64,000 nt of DNA from Luteolibacter sp. (GCA_965659125.1 CBFHVO010000004.1:6032-70031), one strand, 5' to 3'; shown: positions 1 to 9,729, counted from the first letter of the stretch. The notes: generated by a model from the letters alone, not told the origin. Numbers and translations: made by a program.

Positions 1-2
1 GC

Positions 3-806
3 TTTCATAAGACACCCGCCGGTTACTACGGCATGATTGAGAACATCGATGAGAACATGGGGCGCCTGATGGCCAAGCTCGAGGAATGGGACCTTGAGAA
101 AAACACCATTCTCATTTTCATGTCGGACAACGGCACCACGCCCAACGGAGCCGGAGTGAGCTTGCCGGGCGGCATGCTCGCCAAGGGTTATCCGCTCTAC
201 AACGGCGGCATGAAGGGTTACAAGGGTTCGACCGAGGAGGGTGGCTCGAAGGTTCCCTTCCTGATTCGCTGGACAGGCAAGCTCAAAGCCGGCCGTGAGA
301 TCGACACCTTGGCCGCGCACATCGACATCCTGCCGACCTTCGCCGCGCTGGCTGGCGCGCCCATTCCTGAGGGGCAGGTCGAGGGCCGTAGCCTCTTGCC
401 TCTTCTGGATGAAAAGGCCGATGCCGACTGGGCCGATCGTTACATTTTCAACCACATCTGCCGCTGGGCCACCGGGGCCGACCCCAATGACCATAAGGAC
501 GTGAACTATTCGGTGCGCAGCCAGCGCTACCGCTACCTGGCACCCCAGGAGCGCCGGCGCAAGCACAGCAAAGGTGCGGAGCTCTATGACATGATTGCAG
601 ACCCGGGGCAGACAACAAACATCATCGACAAGCATCCCGAAATCGCCGCCAAAATGAAGGCCGCCTTCGAGCAGTATTGGAAGGAAGCTCTGCCTCTCAT
701 GGTCAATGAGAACGCTCCCATGTCACCGGAGCGCCCCTACCATGTGTGGTATCACGCACAGGAGAAGAAGGAAGGCATTCCGAAGTGGGAAAAGCCCGAC
801 CTGTGA
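3..806 (+). CDS. S1-family sulfatase, C-terminal part (N-terminus lies upstream of the window)
   Basis: The frame is open from base 3, with no stop before the track's Met at 33. It carries C-terminal arylsulfatase blocks 'ILIFMSDNG', 'GGMKGYKGSTEEGGSKVPFLIRW' and 'HIDILPTFAALAG'. Confidence 0.85.
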   Translation, partial: FHKTPAGYYGMIENIDENMGRLMAKLEEWDLEKNTILIFMSDNGTTPNGAGVSLPGGMLAKGYPLYNGGMKGYKGSTEEGGSKVPFLIRWTGKLKAGREIDTLAAHIDILPTFAALAGAPIPEGQVEGRSLLPLLDEKADADWADRYIFNHICRWATGADPNDHKDVNYSVRSQRYRYLAPQERRRKHSKGAELYDMIADPGQTTNIIDKHPEIAAKMKAAFEQYWKEALPLMVNENAPMSPERPYHVWYHAQEKKEGIPKWEKPDL

Positions 807-878
807 GTGCGCAAAGGGCTTTACTTGCGGGACCACGCTCACCCAAGAAGATTGCTCTGAAGATTGATCAGGCACTGC

Positions 879-1604
879 TCAAGCAGCGTCTTCGTCTTCT
901 TCCGGAAGTTGGTCGCGGATGGTGTGCATCAAGACCCGCCCATTCTGCCCGGAGTAGAAAATAACCAGGGATCGCACCTTGGGGTGAAGGGGCCACCTGC
1001 CATCCAATATCATCTTCTCCCTGTCATGTTTGATGACGAATACCTGAGCCTGCACGACTCCGCGATCTCCCCGGAAATCGGGTTTGATCAGGGCCTGTTT
1101 GCTCGGGCCGATCTTGACCTTCTCTTCGTCAATTTTCGCAGAAATGTCCGACTTGGTGAGGTTGAGAAACATGAATGAACCGTATTTGAAGTGATCCGAA
1201 GCGCAGTTGATCACAGTCAACCGGTGTTGATCTTTCCCGGCTTGGGCGGGGTGTCCTATGATGAGCAACTGCTGCAAAGCATCCAAACTTTCGCACTTTG
1301 CGGCTGGCACAAACTTTTCTTGTTCGGTGTTCGCATTTCTGAGCCTGCCGATGGTCCATTGCTCCAGCAGGGGGACCGTTTGGAACTTGGAAAAATACTG
1401 ATTCGGAGTGTTGATTGCTATCCGGTTTGCTTCCCCGGTTTTGAGGTGGAAGTTTTCCATCTCAATCTGCGCAGGATAGGAGGCAAAGCTCAATTGCACC
1501 CTCTTTTTTACTGCCTCTTCTTGCCCTGTTGCCGCCGGAAGCGGGGCGCAGCAGAGGGCGATGGAGGCCCAGATGCGGATGCCCATGATTTTCGCGGTAG
1601 TCAT
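879..1604 (-). CDS. Secreted hypothetical protein, distant paralogue of the upstream gene (1636-2367)
   Basis: Start chosen at MTTAKIMGIRIWASIALCCAPLPAATG (signal peptide), 31 nt after the upstream stop. It shares 'GSFMFLN', 'LDGRW' and a C-terminal 'FY' block with the neighbouring ORF. I recognise no family. Confidence 0.6.
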   Translation of the reverse strand: MTTAKIMGIRIWASIALCCAPLPAATGQEEAVKKRVQLSFASYPAQIEMENFHLKTGEANRIAINTPNQYFSKFQTVPLLEQWTIGRLRNANTEQEKFVPAAKCESLDALQQLLIIGHPAQAGKDQHRLTVINCASDHFKYGSFMFLNLTKSDISAKIDEEKVKIGPSKQALIKPDFRGDRGVVQAQVFVIKHDREKMILDGRWPLHPKVRSLVIFYSGQNGRVLMHTIRDQLPEEDEDAA

Positions 1605-1635
1605 CGGAAATACTGGATCGAAGTTTTCCCCAGGA

Positions 1636-2367
1636 TCATTCCTCAGGTGGTGGCGCAATATCGGCTCCGATGATTTCAATCACCGGGGCAATGCTGATCT
1701 TGCCGGTTTTCGGGTGTTGGTAAAAGAATGCAACCGTTCGCATGTCCTTATCCGTGGACCAGCGTCCGTCGAGGAAGAGCTTCCAGCGCATTGCTTGCTT
1801 TTCTTTGCGTAGATATGAAAGGCTGACCTGACAGACGTCGCCATCGAAATTTGGTTTGGGAGTGAGCAGCTTTTGTTGCCCCGGTTTGAGTGCGAACTTC
1901 TTGTCTCCAATGACGCCCGCGCATTGCGAGCCGGAGGCGTTGATGAACATGAAACTGCCGCCCGGGAAATCGTTGTTTTGGGCATTGATCGGCAGCACAA
2001 CAAAGCCCGCGCTGTTGTCTTTGCCTTTGCGCAAAAGCAGGACGATCTGTTCTTTGGCCGGGAGTGCCTTGGCCTTGCCGTAAACATCGAATTTCGGGTT
2101 TCCGGCCTCATCAACTCCGCTCTTGCCAACGATGATCTGACTCAGCGCCGGAACCGAGTAGGTTTTCGACATCCGGTGGCCGGGAGTGTTGATCTCGATG
2201 GTTTCCTTGCTGCTGATGATCAACTCAACAGCTTCGGGTCTGGTATGAGCGGGGAACGCAAGAAACCTGAGTGCGATTTTTGCATCCTGAGCCATGCCGG
2301 TATGGCTGGTAGCAGCAAACAGAAGAAACAAGGCGATTGGGCGCAGGGGTGCTGGCATGAGTGGCAT
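1636..2367 (-). CDS. Secreted hypothetical protein, distant paralogue of 879-1604
   Basis: Start chosen at MPLMPAPLRPIALFLLFAATSHTGMA (signal peptide), 28 nt after the stop of the giant upstream ORF. Motifs 'GGSFMFIN' and 'LDGRW' are shared with the downstream ORF. Confidence 0.6.
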   Translation of the reverse strand: MPLMPAPLRPIALFLLFAATSHTGMAQDAKIALRFLAFPAHTRPEAVELIISSKETIEINTPGHRMSKTYSVPALSQIIVGKSGVDEAGNPKFDVYGKAKALPAKEQIVLLLRKGKDNSAGFVVLPINAQNNDFPGGSFMFINASGSQCAGVIGDKKFALKPGQQKLLTPKPNFDGDVCQVSLSYLRKEKQAMRWKLFLDGRWSTDKDMRTVAFFYQHPKTGKISIAPVIEIIGADIAPPPEE

Positions 2368-2395
2368 TCGAATCAGTTTGAAGGCAACGAGTGAA

Positions 2396-5300
2396 TCAAA
2401 CCTCGGATGCATTTAGCCAGCGGAATTGCACGACAATGAATTTGCGGCCGAAAATTTCGTTGCTCGAAGATGTCAGCTCTCGCTGTTTGGTATGATCGGG
2501 ATCCGCCGGGTCCACGTATTCCGGAGTGCGTTGTATCACGGCTTCACACCAGGCTCTGGCTTCAACGTTGCCACTCTTGTCGAGGGCGTCACCGTAAGCG
2601 CGGATCACGAAGGTGTCCCCGCGCGGGGTCAGCTGACCGGCGAAATTCTGGAGGATGTCGGCCTGGTCGACGTAGGCGGGGCTACCATAGGCAATGGCCC
2701 CATCTAAGGCCTCGGGGAACACACCGCCGATGAAGTTCTTCTCCTGCGCGCTGAAAACCCGGTCTCCACCACGGAAGCCACTATTGATCGAGCAATCGGG
2801 ATCATCAATGGCGGCCTGAAGGGCTCCCTTGAGCGACATTTCCTTGCTTGCGCTGTCGAGCCTGCGGTTCACGAATTCAGACAGGGAGAGGAAAGGCCCC
2901 CGAAGCTTGACTTGTTCGACCATGGCCTCGGCCAATTCGTCGATCTCATTGTCTGTCAACACTCTCACATCCCTCCATTGTTCCGGATCGCTGGGGTCGC
3001 TGCTGCTGCCGGTGTAAGGTTGTCCGTTGCCGAAGGATGCGGCGCCCACCGGGGTGCCCTCAGGAGTGTCCTGATTGAGATCGACGCCGCTGGTGAACGC
3101 GCTCTCGGCATTCATGAAGCTGACCGGCTTGCCTTTGAGGCTGGAGAAAACCGTCCTCCATGCATCCACCGAAGTGGAGTTGATGTTGAAGGGGCCTTTG
3201 ATGAGCAGGTGCGATGCGATTTTGTCGGCAAAGCCGTCGTTAAACTCACCGTATTGCGCGACCATTTCATCAAAAGCGGCTTCGTTCAGGTTTGCGAGGT
3301 AGGGGGTCATCCGTTTGTTGGGCAGCGGCACCTCATCAAAAAGGAACTCTCGGGCAACCTCTGTGGCACTCAGGCCGGAAGTTGCATAGAGCGGGATGCT
3401 CGAAGGCTTCGGTGTAATCGACGAGAAGAAGTAATCATCCCAGATGGCCTTGTTTACCAAGTAGGAATGATCCACGAAGGGTTCGTTGTAGGTCTCTAGG
3501 GTATTGCCAAGCTGATAGAGTTCACGGCGCCAGATGGTAAAGGCTTCGTCCTGCGGGATGTTGGGATGGGCGTAGGAGTTGCCGAGGGCCTGCACCATGT
3601 AGGGTTGTAAACCGCCGTAGCCTAGGGCTGTGTTGCGAATGTAGGCCTCGGTGCGGTATTGGCTGGGTGGGAAGCGGTCATACCAGTGAGGTGCTTCAGT
3701 GCCGAGGCTGTATCCGCTCAAGCGGGCATTGCTCAGGCTGGCGATGGAAATGGGCGGGGTAACCGGAAGTTTTTGCTGCACCACGTGCGTGGTGCCGTTG
3801 TCGGCGGTGTAGCCGCCACCATGATAGCCGTGGTTGTCCCTGGTGATCGAAACCGGAACGTCCTGGATGTTGTTGATCGGCTGGAAGAACCAGTTGTAGC
3901 CGTAGTTATACATCGAGTTGTCCGTGGTCTGGTCCAGGAACAGCGGGTTGAGCGGGGCGGAGTGAAGGAAGGGCCGGCTGGGGAACCTTCGTCCTGCGCC
4001 ATAGGCATAGGTGCCCTGCACGCTTTCATGGGTTTCGACGCCGCCCTTGATGCCGTAGTACATGAAGGCCTGGGGCATGTCATCGCGACCGTCGTAAGGG
4101 TTGCGCATCGCGCGGATGAGGTCGTTGGTGCGGCGTTCCAAAATTCCAATGGTGCGCGGGGTCTTGGTGGAAATGCCACTGACGGGGGGGAATCCCATGT
4201 GAATGATGTCCTGGCCGAACTGACGCGAGCCGTTGCCTTCCACCGTGCGCCCGGCGATCTTCCACCAATTGTAGAACCATTTCACGCCGACCAGGTTGCG
4301 GCCATGTCGCGATTTTTGGGTGAAGGCCGTTCCAAAGGAGGCGCCGCGGGGGTCGGCGCTGATTTCCGCGCGGATGTATTCGTTGCGGTTGAAGGTCATG
4401 ATGGGCCCGGCTTCAGCACGTTGGATGGCAACGGGAATCACGAAGCGGTTGGGGTCCCAGCCCGGAACCAGTTCCAATTCGGGAAGGAATGGCTCGCTGT
4501 ATCGGCCGAGCGCCCGGTTGTAACGGTGCGCCATGTCAATTTCCCTCAAGCCGTTCATCGGGTTGGTTTGAGAGCTGGCCTGGAGGGAGAAGACCTTGGC
4601 TTCACCGGGTTCGAAGCGAACCTGATTTCGGCCGGAAATGAACACGGTGCAGAGTTCTCCGCCACGGGTGTCCGTGATCCGGGTCCAACCGGCGGTGTTC
4701 GTCACGACACCGGGATCTCCGGGCAGGGCATTGGGGCTGGATGACTTGTGGATGGCCAAACTGATTTGCGGCGGGCCATCGCGCATCATGATGGTCATGT
4801 GCTCCGGATTGCTGCCGTAGTTCATCACCAGCGGCACATTGTTGGGATTCCAGAGGGTGATGGCGGGCGAGAAGCCGAAACGCAGTTCGTATTGATCTTC
4901 GCCAGCTGGTGGACGGGGGAGGATGGGCTTGGTGACAAAGTGCAGGACGTATTCCACTTTGATGGGCACCGGCGTGCGGTAGAGGCTGGTGTAGCCACGC
5001 AGGTAGTTGCCGTAATCAGTGGTATCGATGCCGTGGTCGGGACCGGTGACCATGATGCCCGAGTTGAGCAGCGAGGAGGGTGGAGTCGCGTCCGAGGTGG
5101 AGTAGATGATGCCGTCCCGCCATCCTTCTCGAACGCCGGACTCGGTGCTGTTCCATTCGGGGCGCGAGCTGTCGTAGAGTTGGTAGTAGGCGGCGAGGTC
5201 CTGGATCGGCACGCTGCCCTCACCGGTGTTGCCGTTGCGGCGTCTGACCATGTCATCAAAGCTGTAGAGCATGAAGTCGTTGCCCTCACTTTTGAGTGAA

Positions 5301-6349
5301 TTCGCTCGGTCGTAGCCGTCACCACCTCTCACAAGGTTGTAGACTTCCCCGGGCTGAATGGGTCTCTCCAAAATGGTGTTGAGACAGCGCTTCAGGCCGC
5401 CTTCACGAACGTCGGAAAATACGCCGTGGGAGTTGTAGGTGATGTCGTGGAATTGGCGCTTGAGCTCGTTCTGGCGCTGCTGCCTGCGCAGAGGGGAGTC
5501 GGAGACTTCCACCAGCTCTTGAGACTTGCGGCTGAAGACGCGGCTCAGAACCTGCTCGTCGGTGATGTCATTGAGGCCCTCCACGACTGCTGTGCCGGTC
5601 GCGGCTGGCGCCTGTGAGCGAAACAGACGCTCGGCCAGAGATATGCTCGACATCGCATTGTAGCGGTCGTCCATGATGGATGCTTTCTGGCTCTCGTCAC
5701 CCACCCACCAGCCGTAGCGGCCAACGATGTCGGTGGGATCACTGACCGAGCTCACGTTCACCAATGGGGCGTGGACATAATCGGCGGGCGGTGCCTCACC
5801 CAGCGAACCCTCACCGACCAGAATCACAGCCTTATCGTCCAGGGCGGGCATGCGGGCGGCATCGAGCACCAGGCTGCGTCCTGAGGTGATCGCATCCGCG
5901 CTGTCGTTGTCGAGCGAGACCAGCCATTCGCGGAAGTGACGCTGCCGATTGGTATCGTAGCGCGGGTGCATGCTGTCGGAACCGAGCGGGTAGATCGTCT
6001 GGTGGGAGCTGATCTCATCGATGCCGCCGTCAGCACCCGCATGCCAGGAATCCCAGACACCCGTCCAATGGGGGTTGGCCACAGCCGAGTTGGAGAGAAT
6101 GGAGGCGTTGGCCGAGATGCGCTGGTCGGGACCCATTTGTGCCTGCAGGCGATCAATGGCCATCATCAGGGCCATGCGGGCATTGGCGCGGGCTCGCTCT
6201 TCAGCCGAGGTGATGGAAGTGCTCTTAATAGAAATGACCGACAGACTCAGGAGACCAACGGCAACAACGGTCAGAACGACCAGCATGGCCACAGTGACAA
6301 TCAGCGAAAAACCAGTGGGTCGAAGTCGAGAAAGGCGGGAGCACTTCAT
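2396..6349 (-). CDS. Giant (1,317 aa) protein with a prepilin-like (class III) N-terminal leader lacking Glu+5; possibly Verru_Chthon cassette protein A-like
   Basis: A single uninterrupted ORF. The N-terminus MKCSRLSRLRPTGFSLIVTVAMLVVLTVVAVGLLSL is a basic leader, then G-F-S-L-I-V, then a hydrophobic helix, as in minor pseudopilins of the GspK type. The following 'ARANARMALMMAIDRLQ' helix is also typical of that class. I recognise no domain in the remainder. Confidence 0.7.
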   Translation of the reverse strand: MKCSRLSRLRPTGFSLIVTVAMLVVLTVVAVGLLSLSVISIKSTSITSAEERARANARMALMMAIDRLQAQMGPDQRISANASILSNSAVANPHWTGVWDSWHAGADGGIDEISSHQTIYPLGSDSMHPRYDTNRQRHFREWLVSLDNDSADAITSGRSLVLDAARMPALDDKAVILVGEGSLGEAPPADYVHAPLVNVSSVSDPTDIVGRYGWWVGDESQKASIMDDRYNAMSSISLAERLFRSQAPAATGTAVVEGLNDITDEQVLSRVFSRKSQELVEVSDSPLRRQQRQNELKRQFHDITYNSHGVFSDVREGGLKRCLNTILERPIQPGEVYNLVRGGDGYDRANSLKSEGNDFMLYSFDDMVRRRNGNTGEGSVPIQDLAAYYQLYDSSRPEWNSTESGVREGWRDGIIYSTSDATPPSSLLNSGIMVTGPDHGIDTTDYGNYLRGYTSLYRTPVPIKVEYVLHFVTKPILPRPPAGEDQYELRFGFSPAITLWNPNNVPLVMNYGSNPEHMTIMMRDGPPQISLAIHKSSSPNALPGDPGVVTNTAGWTRITDTRGGELCTVFISGRNQVRFEPGEAKVFSLQASSQTNPMNGLREIDMAHRYNRALGRYSEPFLPELELVPGWDPNRFVIPVAIQRAEAGPIMTFNRNEYIRAEISADPRGASFGTAFTQKSRHGRNLVGVKWFYNWWKIAGRTVEGNGSRQFGQDIIHMGFPPVSGISTKTPRTIGILERRTNDLIRAMRNPYDGRDDMPQAFMYYGIKGGVETHESVQGTYAYGAGRRFPSRPFLHSAPLNPLFLDQTTDNSMYNYGYNWFFQPINNIQDVPVSITRDNHGYHGGGYTADNGTTHVVQQKLPVTPPISIASLSNARLSGYSLGTEAPHWYDRFPPSQYRTEAYIRNTALGYGGLQPYMVQALGNSYAHPNIPQDEAFTIWRRELYQLGNTLETYNEPFVDHSYLVNKAIWDDYFFSSITPKPSSIPLYATSGLSATEVAREFLFDEVPLPNKRMTPYLANLNEAAFDEMVAQYGEFNDGFADKIASHLLIKGPFNINSTSVDAWRTVFSSLKGKPVSFMNAESAFTSGVDLNQDTPEGTPVGAASFGNGQPYTGSSSDPSDPEQWRDVRVLTDNEIDELAEAMVEQVKLRGPFLSLSEFVNRRLDSASKEMSLKGALQAAIDDPDCSINSGFRGGDRVFSAQEKNFIGGVFPEALDGAIAYGSPAYVDQADILQNFAGQLTPRGDTFVIRAYGDALDKSGNVEARAWCEAVIQRTPEYVDPADPDHTKQRELTSSSNEIFGRKFIVVQFRWLNASEV

Positions 6350-6707
6350 GAGTGGAGGTCTGGGTTTGTGGTGAGGAAAGGGGTAAAACTTAAGACCACA
6401 AAGTAAATACAATACTTATGTTCGCTCTAAAAGCAGTTTTTTCAAGACTGCATGGCTTGAGCATTGCCAATTTCTGGCCAGTTTTCCACTCAAACGGGCT
6501 CACCGCTGAACCGGGAGCCTGCGCGATGACGACAGCACCGCCATCGCGGTGGTGAAAGGTAGCGATATGGCCTCTGGCTCGACTGCGATCCGTGGCTGCG
6601 AAGGTGTTCCGATCGGGCGAATGGATATTGCCGGGCCCTCAGCTCGGGCCCTCAGCTGTCAGCAGAAATGGCTTTGCGGCCGGGTGCTCACCCAACATGA
6701 TTCAGGG

Positions 6708-8060
6708 GTGATCCGGATTCTCCTGCTTTCTCTGCCATTTGTCGTTTCGGCCCTCATGGCCGCCGAGAAACCCAACTTCATCATCATCTACACCGACGAT
6801 CAGGGCTACGGGGACACGTCGATGTATGGCAAGAATGGCATTGAGACCCCGCACATGGACCGCATTGCTAGGGAGGGCATGCTCTTTACCCAGATGCGCG
6901 CCAACTGCACGGTGTGCACGCCTTCGCGCGCCGCACTGCTCACCGGCATTTACGCAGATCGAGCGGGCGCGCCGGGAGTCATCCGCAACGAGCGCAGCCG
7001 TTCCTGGGGCTATCTCGATCCCAAGGTGCCGACCCTCGCCGACGAGTTGAACAAGCTTGGCTATCACACGGCGCTGGTGGGCAAGTGGCACCTTGGTGTT
7101 CAGGAACCCAACGTTCCCAACGATCGCGGCTTCGACTTTTTCCACGGCTTCTTGGGCGACATGATGAACGACTACTACAACCACAAGCGTGGTGGGGTGA
7201 ACTGGCTGCGCAAGAACAAGGAGGTGGTTCAGGAGGAGGGCAAGCACGCTACTGAGATGTTCACCGATTGGGCCATCGACTACATCGAGGGCAAGGCCCG
7301 CACGGATGATGACAAACCCTTCTTCCTCTATCTGGCCTACAACGCGCCCCACTTTCCCATCCAGCCGCCGGTGGCGTGGGTGGAGAAGGTCAAGAAGCGC
7401 CAGCCCGAGATGAGCGAGGGACGGATTCAGGCCGTGGCCTTTGTCGAGCATACCGATCACGAGATCGGCCGCGTGTTGGAATGCCTCACCAAAAACGGCT
7501 TGGACAAGAACACCGTGGTCTTCTTCACCTCTGACAACGGCGGCTCCTCTCAACACTTCCAGGAAAACGATCCCTGGCGTGGCGGCAAACAGGACCACTT
7601 CGACGGGGGGCTCAAGGTGCCCTTCGCGGTGCGCTGGCCCGGAGTGGTTAAGCCCGGCACCACCAGTGATTATCAGGGACTCACTTTCGACATCTTTTCC
7701 ACCCTCATCGAAGCCGCTGGCGGCACACCGCGCGACGACCTTGATGCAGTCAGCCTCCTGCCACTACTCAAGGGCGAAGACTTCAACACTCCCGATCGTG
7801 AGCTCTACTTCGTGCGCCGCGAGGGTGGGGGCAATCGGGTCGGCATGGCCTATCACGCCCTGATCAAGGATGGCTACAAGCTCATGCACAACAGTCCGAT
7901 GGAGCCGCTTGAGCTCTACAACCTGAACGAGGACCCGCAGGAGAAGACTGACCTCTTCAAGAAGGAGCCCAAGACCGTGCAAAAGATGATCAGTCGCATG
8001 GAGCATTATATCCAAAAGGGCGGGATGACCCCATGGATGGGGCCTCTACCGAGAAAATGA
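6708..8060 (+). CDS. S1-family sulfatase (Cys-type, formylglycine-dependent)
   Basis: Contains 'KPNFIIIYTDDQGYGD', the active-site box 'CTVCTPSRAALLTG' (C-x-P-x-R) and 'GKWHLG'. The probable start is the GTG at 6708, giving signal peptide VIRILLLSLPFVVSALMA. The track ORF extends to 6549. Confidence 0.9.
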   Translation: MIRILLLSLPFVVSALMAAEKPNFIIIYTDDQGYGDTSMYGKNGIETPHMDRIAREGMLFTQMRANCTVCTPSRAALLTGIYADRAGAPGVIRNERSRSWGYLDPKVPTLADELNKLGYHTALVGKWHLGVQEPNVPNDRGFDFFHGFLGDMMNDYYNHKRGGVNWLRKNKEVVQEEGKHATEMFTDWAIDYIEGKARTDDDKPFFLYLAYNAPHFPIQPPVAWVEKVKKRQPEMSEGRIQAVAFVEHTDHEIGRVLECLTKNGLDKNTVVFFTSDNGGSSQHFQENDPWRGGKQDHFDGGLKVPFAVRWPGVVKPGTTSDYQGLTFDIFSTLIEAAGGTPRDDLDAVSLLPLLKGEDFNTPDRELYFVRREGGGNRVGMAYHALIKDGYKLMHNSPMEPLELYNLNEDPQEKTDLFKKEPKTVQKMISRMEHYIQKGGMTPWMGPLPRK

Positions 8061-8178
8061 TTCTGCCGGACCGCGACCTTCAGCTCGCCCCGGATGCCAG
8101 GCCATGCGAATTCAAGCGAGTTGAAGATCGTGGTCCATCGTTGCCACCATCCTGCCAAACCGGCCCATCCCATCCATC

Positions 8179-9729
8179 ATGAAGGTTCTGCTAATTACTC
8201 TCTTCTTAGTAATGAGTTTCTCCGGCTTCGCAGCAGACAAGCCCAACGTCCTGCTCATTCTGGTCGATGATCTCGGCTGGTCGGACTTGGGCTGCTACGG
8301 ATCCGAGATCGAGACTCCCGTGATGGATAAGTTGGCTGCCAATGGCCTGCGCTTCAGTAGTTTCTACTCCACCGCCAAATGCCACTCCTCGCGTGTGAGT
8401 TTGCTCTCCGGTCGCTGGTGTCGCCAGGCCGGCGATGAGAGTTTGAAGCGTGCGGTGACCATTCCCGAGGTGCTGCAGCCCGCTGGTTATTTCACCGCCA
8501 TGACCGGCAAGTGGCACTTGCAGAAGGAGCCCACCGACTTCGGCTTCGAGCAATACTGGGGTCACCTCTCGGGAGCCACGCACTTCTTCAAGGGGGACAA
8601 AACCTTCCGCCTTAATGGCGAGAAGTGGGAGGTTCCCGAGAAGGACTTCTACACCACCACAGCCAACGCGGACTTCGCCTTGAAGTTTCTCAAGAAGGCC
8701 CGCGAGAGCGAAAAGCCTTGGCTACTCTACATGGCCTTCAATGCGCCCCACGCGCCGCTCCACTGCCTCGAAGAGGACTACAAGAGATACAAGGGGAAAT
8801 ACACCAAGGGATGGGATGCGGTGTATGCTGAGCGCATCGCCCGTCAGAAGGAGCTCAATCTATTTGGTGGCGAATTTGATGCGCCCCAGCGCCCCGAGCA
8901 TCTTCCCGCATGGAGAGATCTGCGCGAGGATCACAAGAAATGGGAAGAGAAGCGCATGACCACCCTGGCGGCGATGATCGATCGCATCGATCAGGAGATC
9001 GGTCGGGTGGTTACCGATATTGAGAAGGCGGCAGAGCTGGACAACACCCTCATCCTCTTCTTCTCGGACAACGGCGCCTGTCCCTACGACCGGCGCAACA
9101 TCCGTCCCAATTTGATGCCGTGGGACCCACGCACGCATTGGACAGATAGCACCGGTTGGGCTTGGGCCCGCAACGCACCCTTCCGCTTCTACAAGCAGAA
9201 CCAGTTTGAGGGTGGGGCATCCACTCCCGCCGTCATGCATTGGCCGAATGGAATGAAAAACACCAAGCTCAAGGGTGGGATCACGCATCAGCCTGCTCAC
9301 CTCGTCGACGTTCTGCCGACTATCGCTGAGGTGGCGGGTGCCGAGATTCCCAAGGAGTATCCGGGTCGCCAGCCAACTCCCTTAGCTGGCACTTCATTGG
9401 TTCCCATCCTGAGGGGTCAGGCTCTTGAAAAGCGTCCGCCCATTCATCTGATGTTCAATATGGACCGTGGGCTGCGTGATGGAGATTGGAAACTGGTTAG
9501 CTTCAAAGCCAAGAAGTGGGAGCTCTACAACTTGGCCGAGGATCGCTGCGAATTGAACAATCTCGCTGAGAAGCATCCCGAGATCGTGGAGAAGATGGCC
9601 AGAGAATGGCACCGCATGGCCGAGGAGGAGGTGCTCGCCACCGCCAAGGAGCAGAAACCGGTTTCGGATGAAGGCCCGCCGCACGCCAATCGAGAGTGGA
9701 CCCGCTTCGGCAAGCCGGCGCCCAAGTAG
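8179..9729 (+). CDS. S1-family sulfatase with a non-canonical active-site box C-H-S-S-R
   Basis: Has signal peptide MKVLLITLFLVMSFSGFA, plus 'KPNVLLILVDDLGWSDLGCYG', 'GKWHL' and 'LILFFSDNGA'. The active-site box reads 'AKCHSSRVSLLSG' (nt 8380-8394) instead of C-x-P-x-R-x4-T-G. Confidence 0.85.
   Translation: MKVLLITLFLVMSFSGFAADKPNVLLILVDDLGWSDLGCYGSEIETPVMDKLAANGLRFSSFYSTAKCHSSRVSLLSGRWCRQAGDESLKRAVTIPEVLQPAGYFTAMTGKWHLQKEPTDFGFEQYWGHLSGATHFFKGDKTFRLNGEKWEVPEKDFYTTTANADFALKFLKKARESEKPWLLYMAFNAPHAPLHCLEEDYKRYKGKYTKGWDAVYAERIARQKELNLFGGEFDAPQRPEHLPAWRDLREDHKKWEEKRMTTLAAMIDRIDQEIGRVVTDIEKAAELDNTLILFFSDNGACPYDRRNIRPNLMPWDPRTHWTDSTGWAWARNAPFRFYKQNQFEGGASTPAVMHWPNGMKNTKLKGGITHQPAHLVDVLPTIAEVAGAEIPKEYPGRQPTPLAGTSLVPILRGQALEKRPPIHLMFNMDRGLRDGDWKLVSFKAKKWELYNLAEDRCELNNLAEKHPEIVEKMAREWHRMAEEEVLATAKEQKPVSDEGPPHANREWTRFGKPAPK

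Noticed and set aside
3659-4744. Long antisense or alternative-frame ORFs inside real genes, for example 3659-4744 (+, 361 aa), 19881-21041 (+, 386 aa), 27230-28552 (-, 440 aa), 54422-55435 (+, 337 aa), 12177-13115 (+, 312 aa) and 20494-21393 (-, 299 aa).
   Set aside because: Their translations are low-complexity and rich in Gly, Arg, Ala and Val, with no motifs. They lie opposite or out of frame to ORFs with clear family signatures. This is the expected artefact of open antisense frames in GC-rich DNA.
6549-6707. N-terminal extensions in the ORF track, including 6549-6707, 9668-9823, 12277-12336, 23798-23977, 34271-34327, 37120-37227, 47095-47118 and 57352-57477.
   Set aside because: In each case an internal start gives a clean signal peptide, lipobox or Tat motif, removes overlap with the upstream gene, or replaces a rare TTG start with ATG. 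The extensions have no recognisable sequence features.
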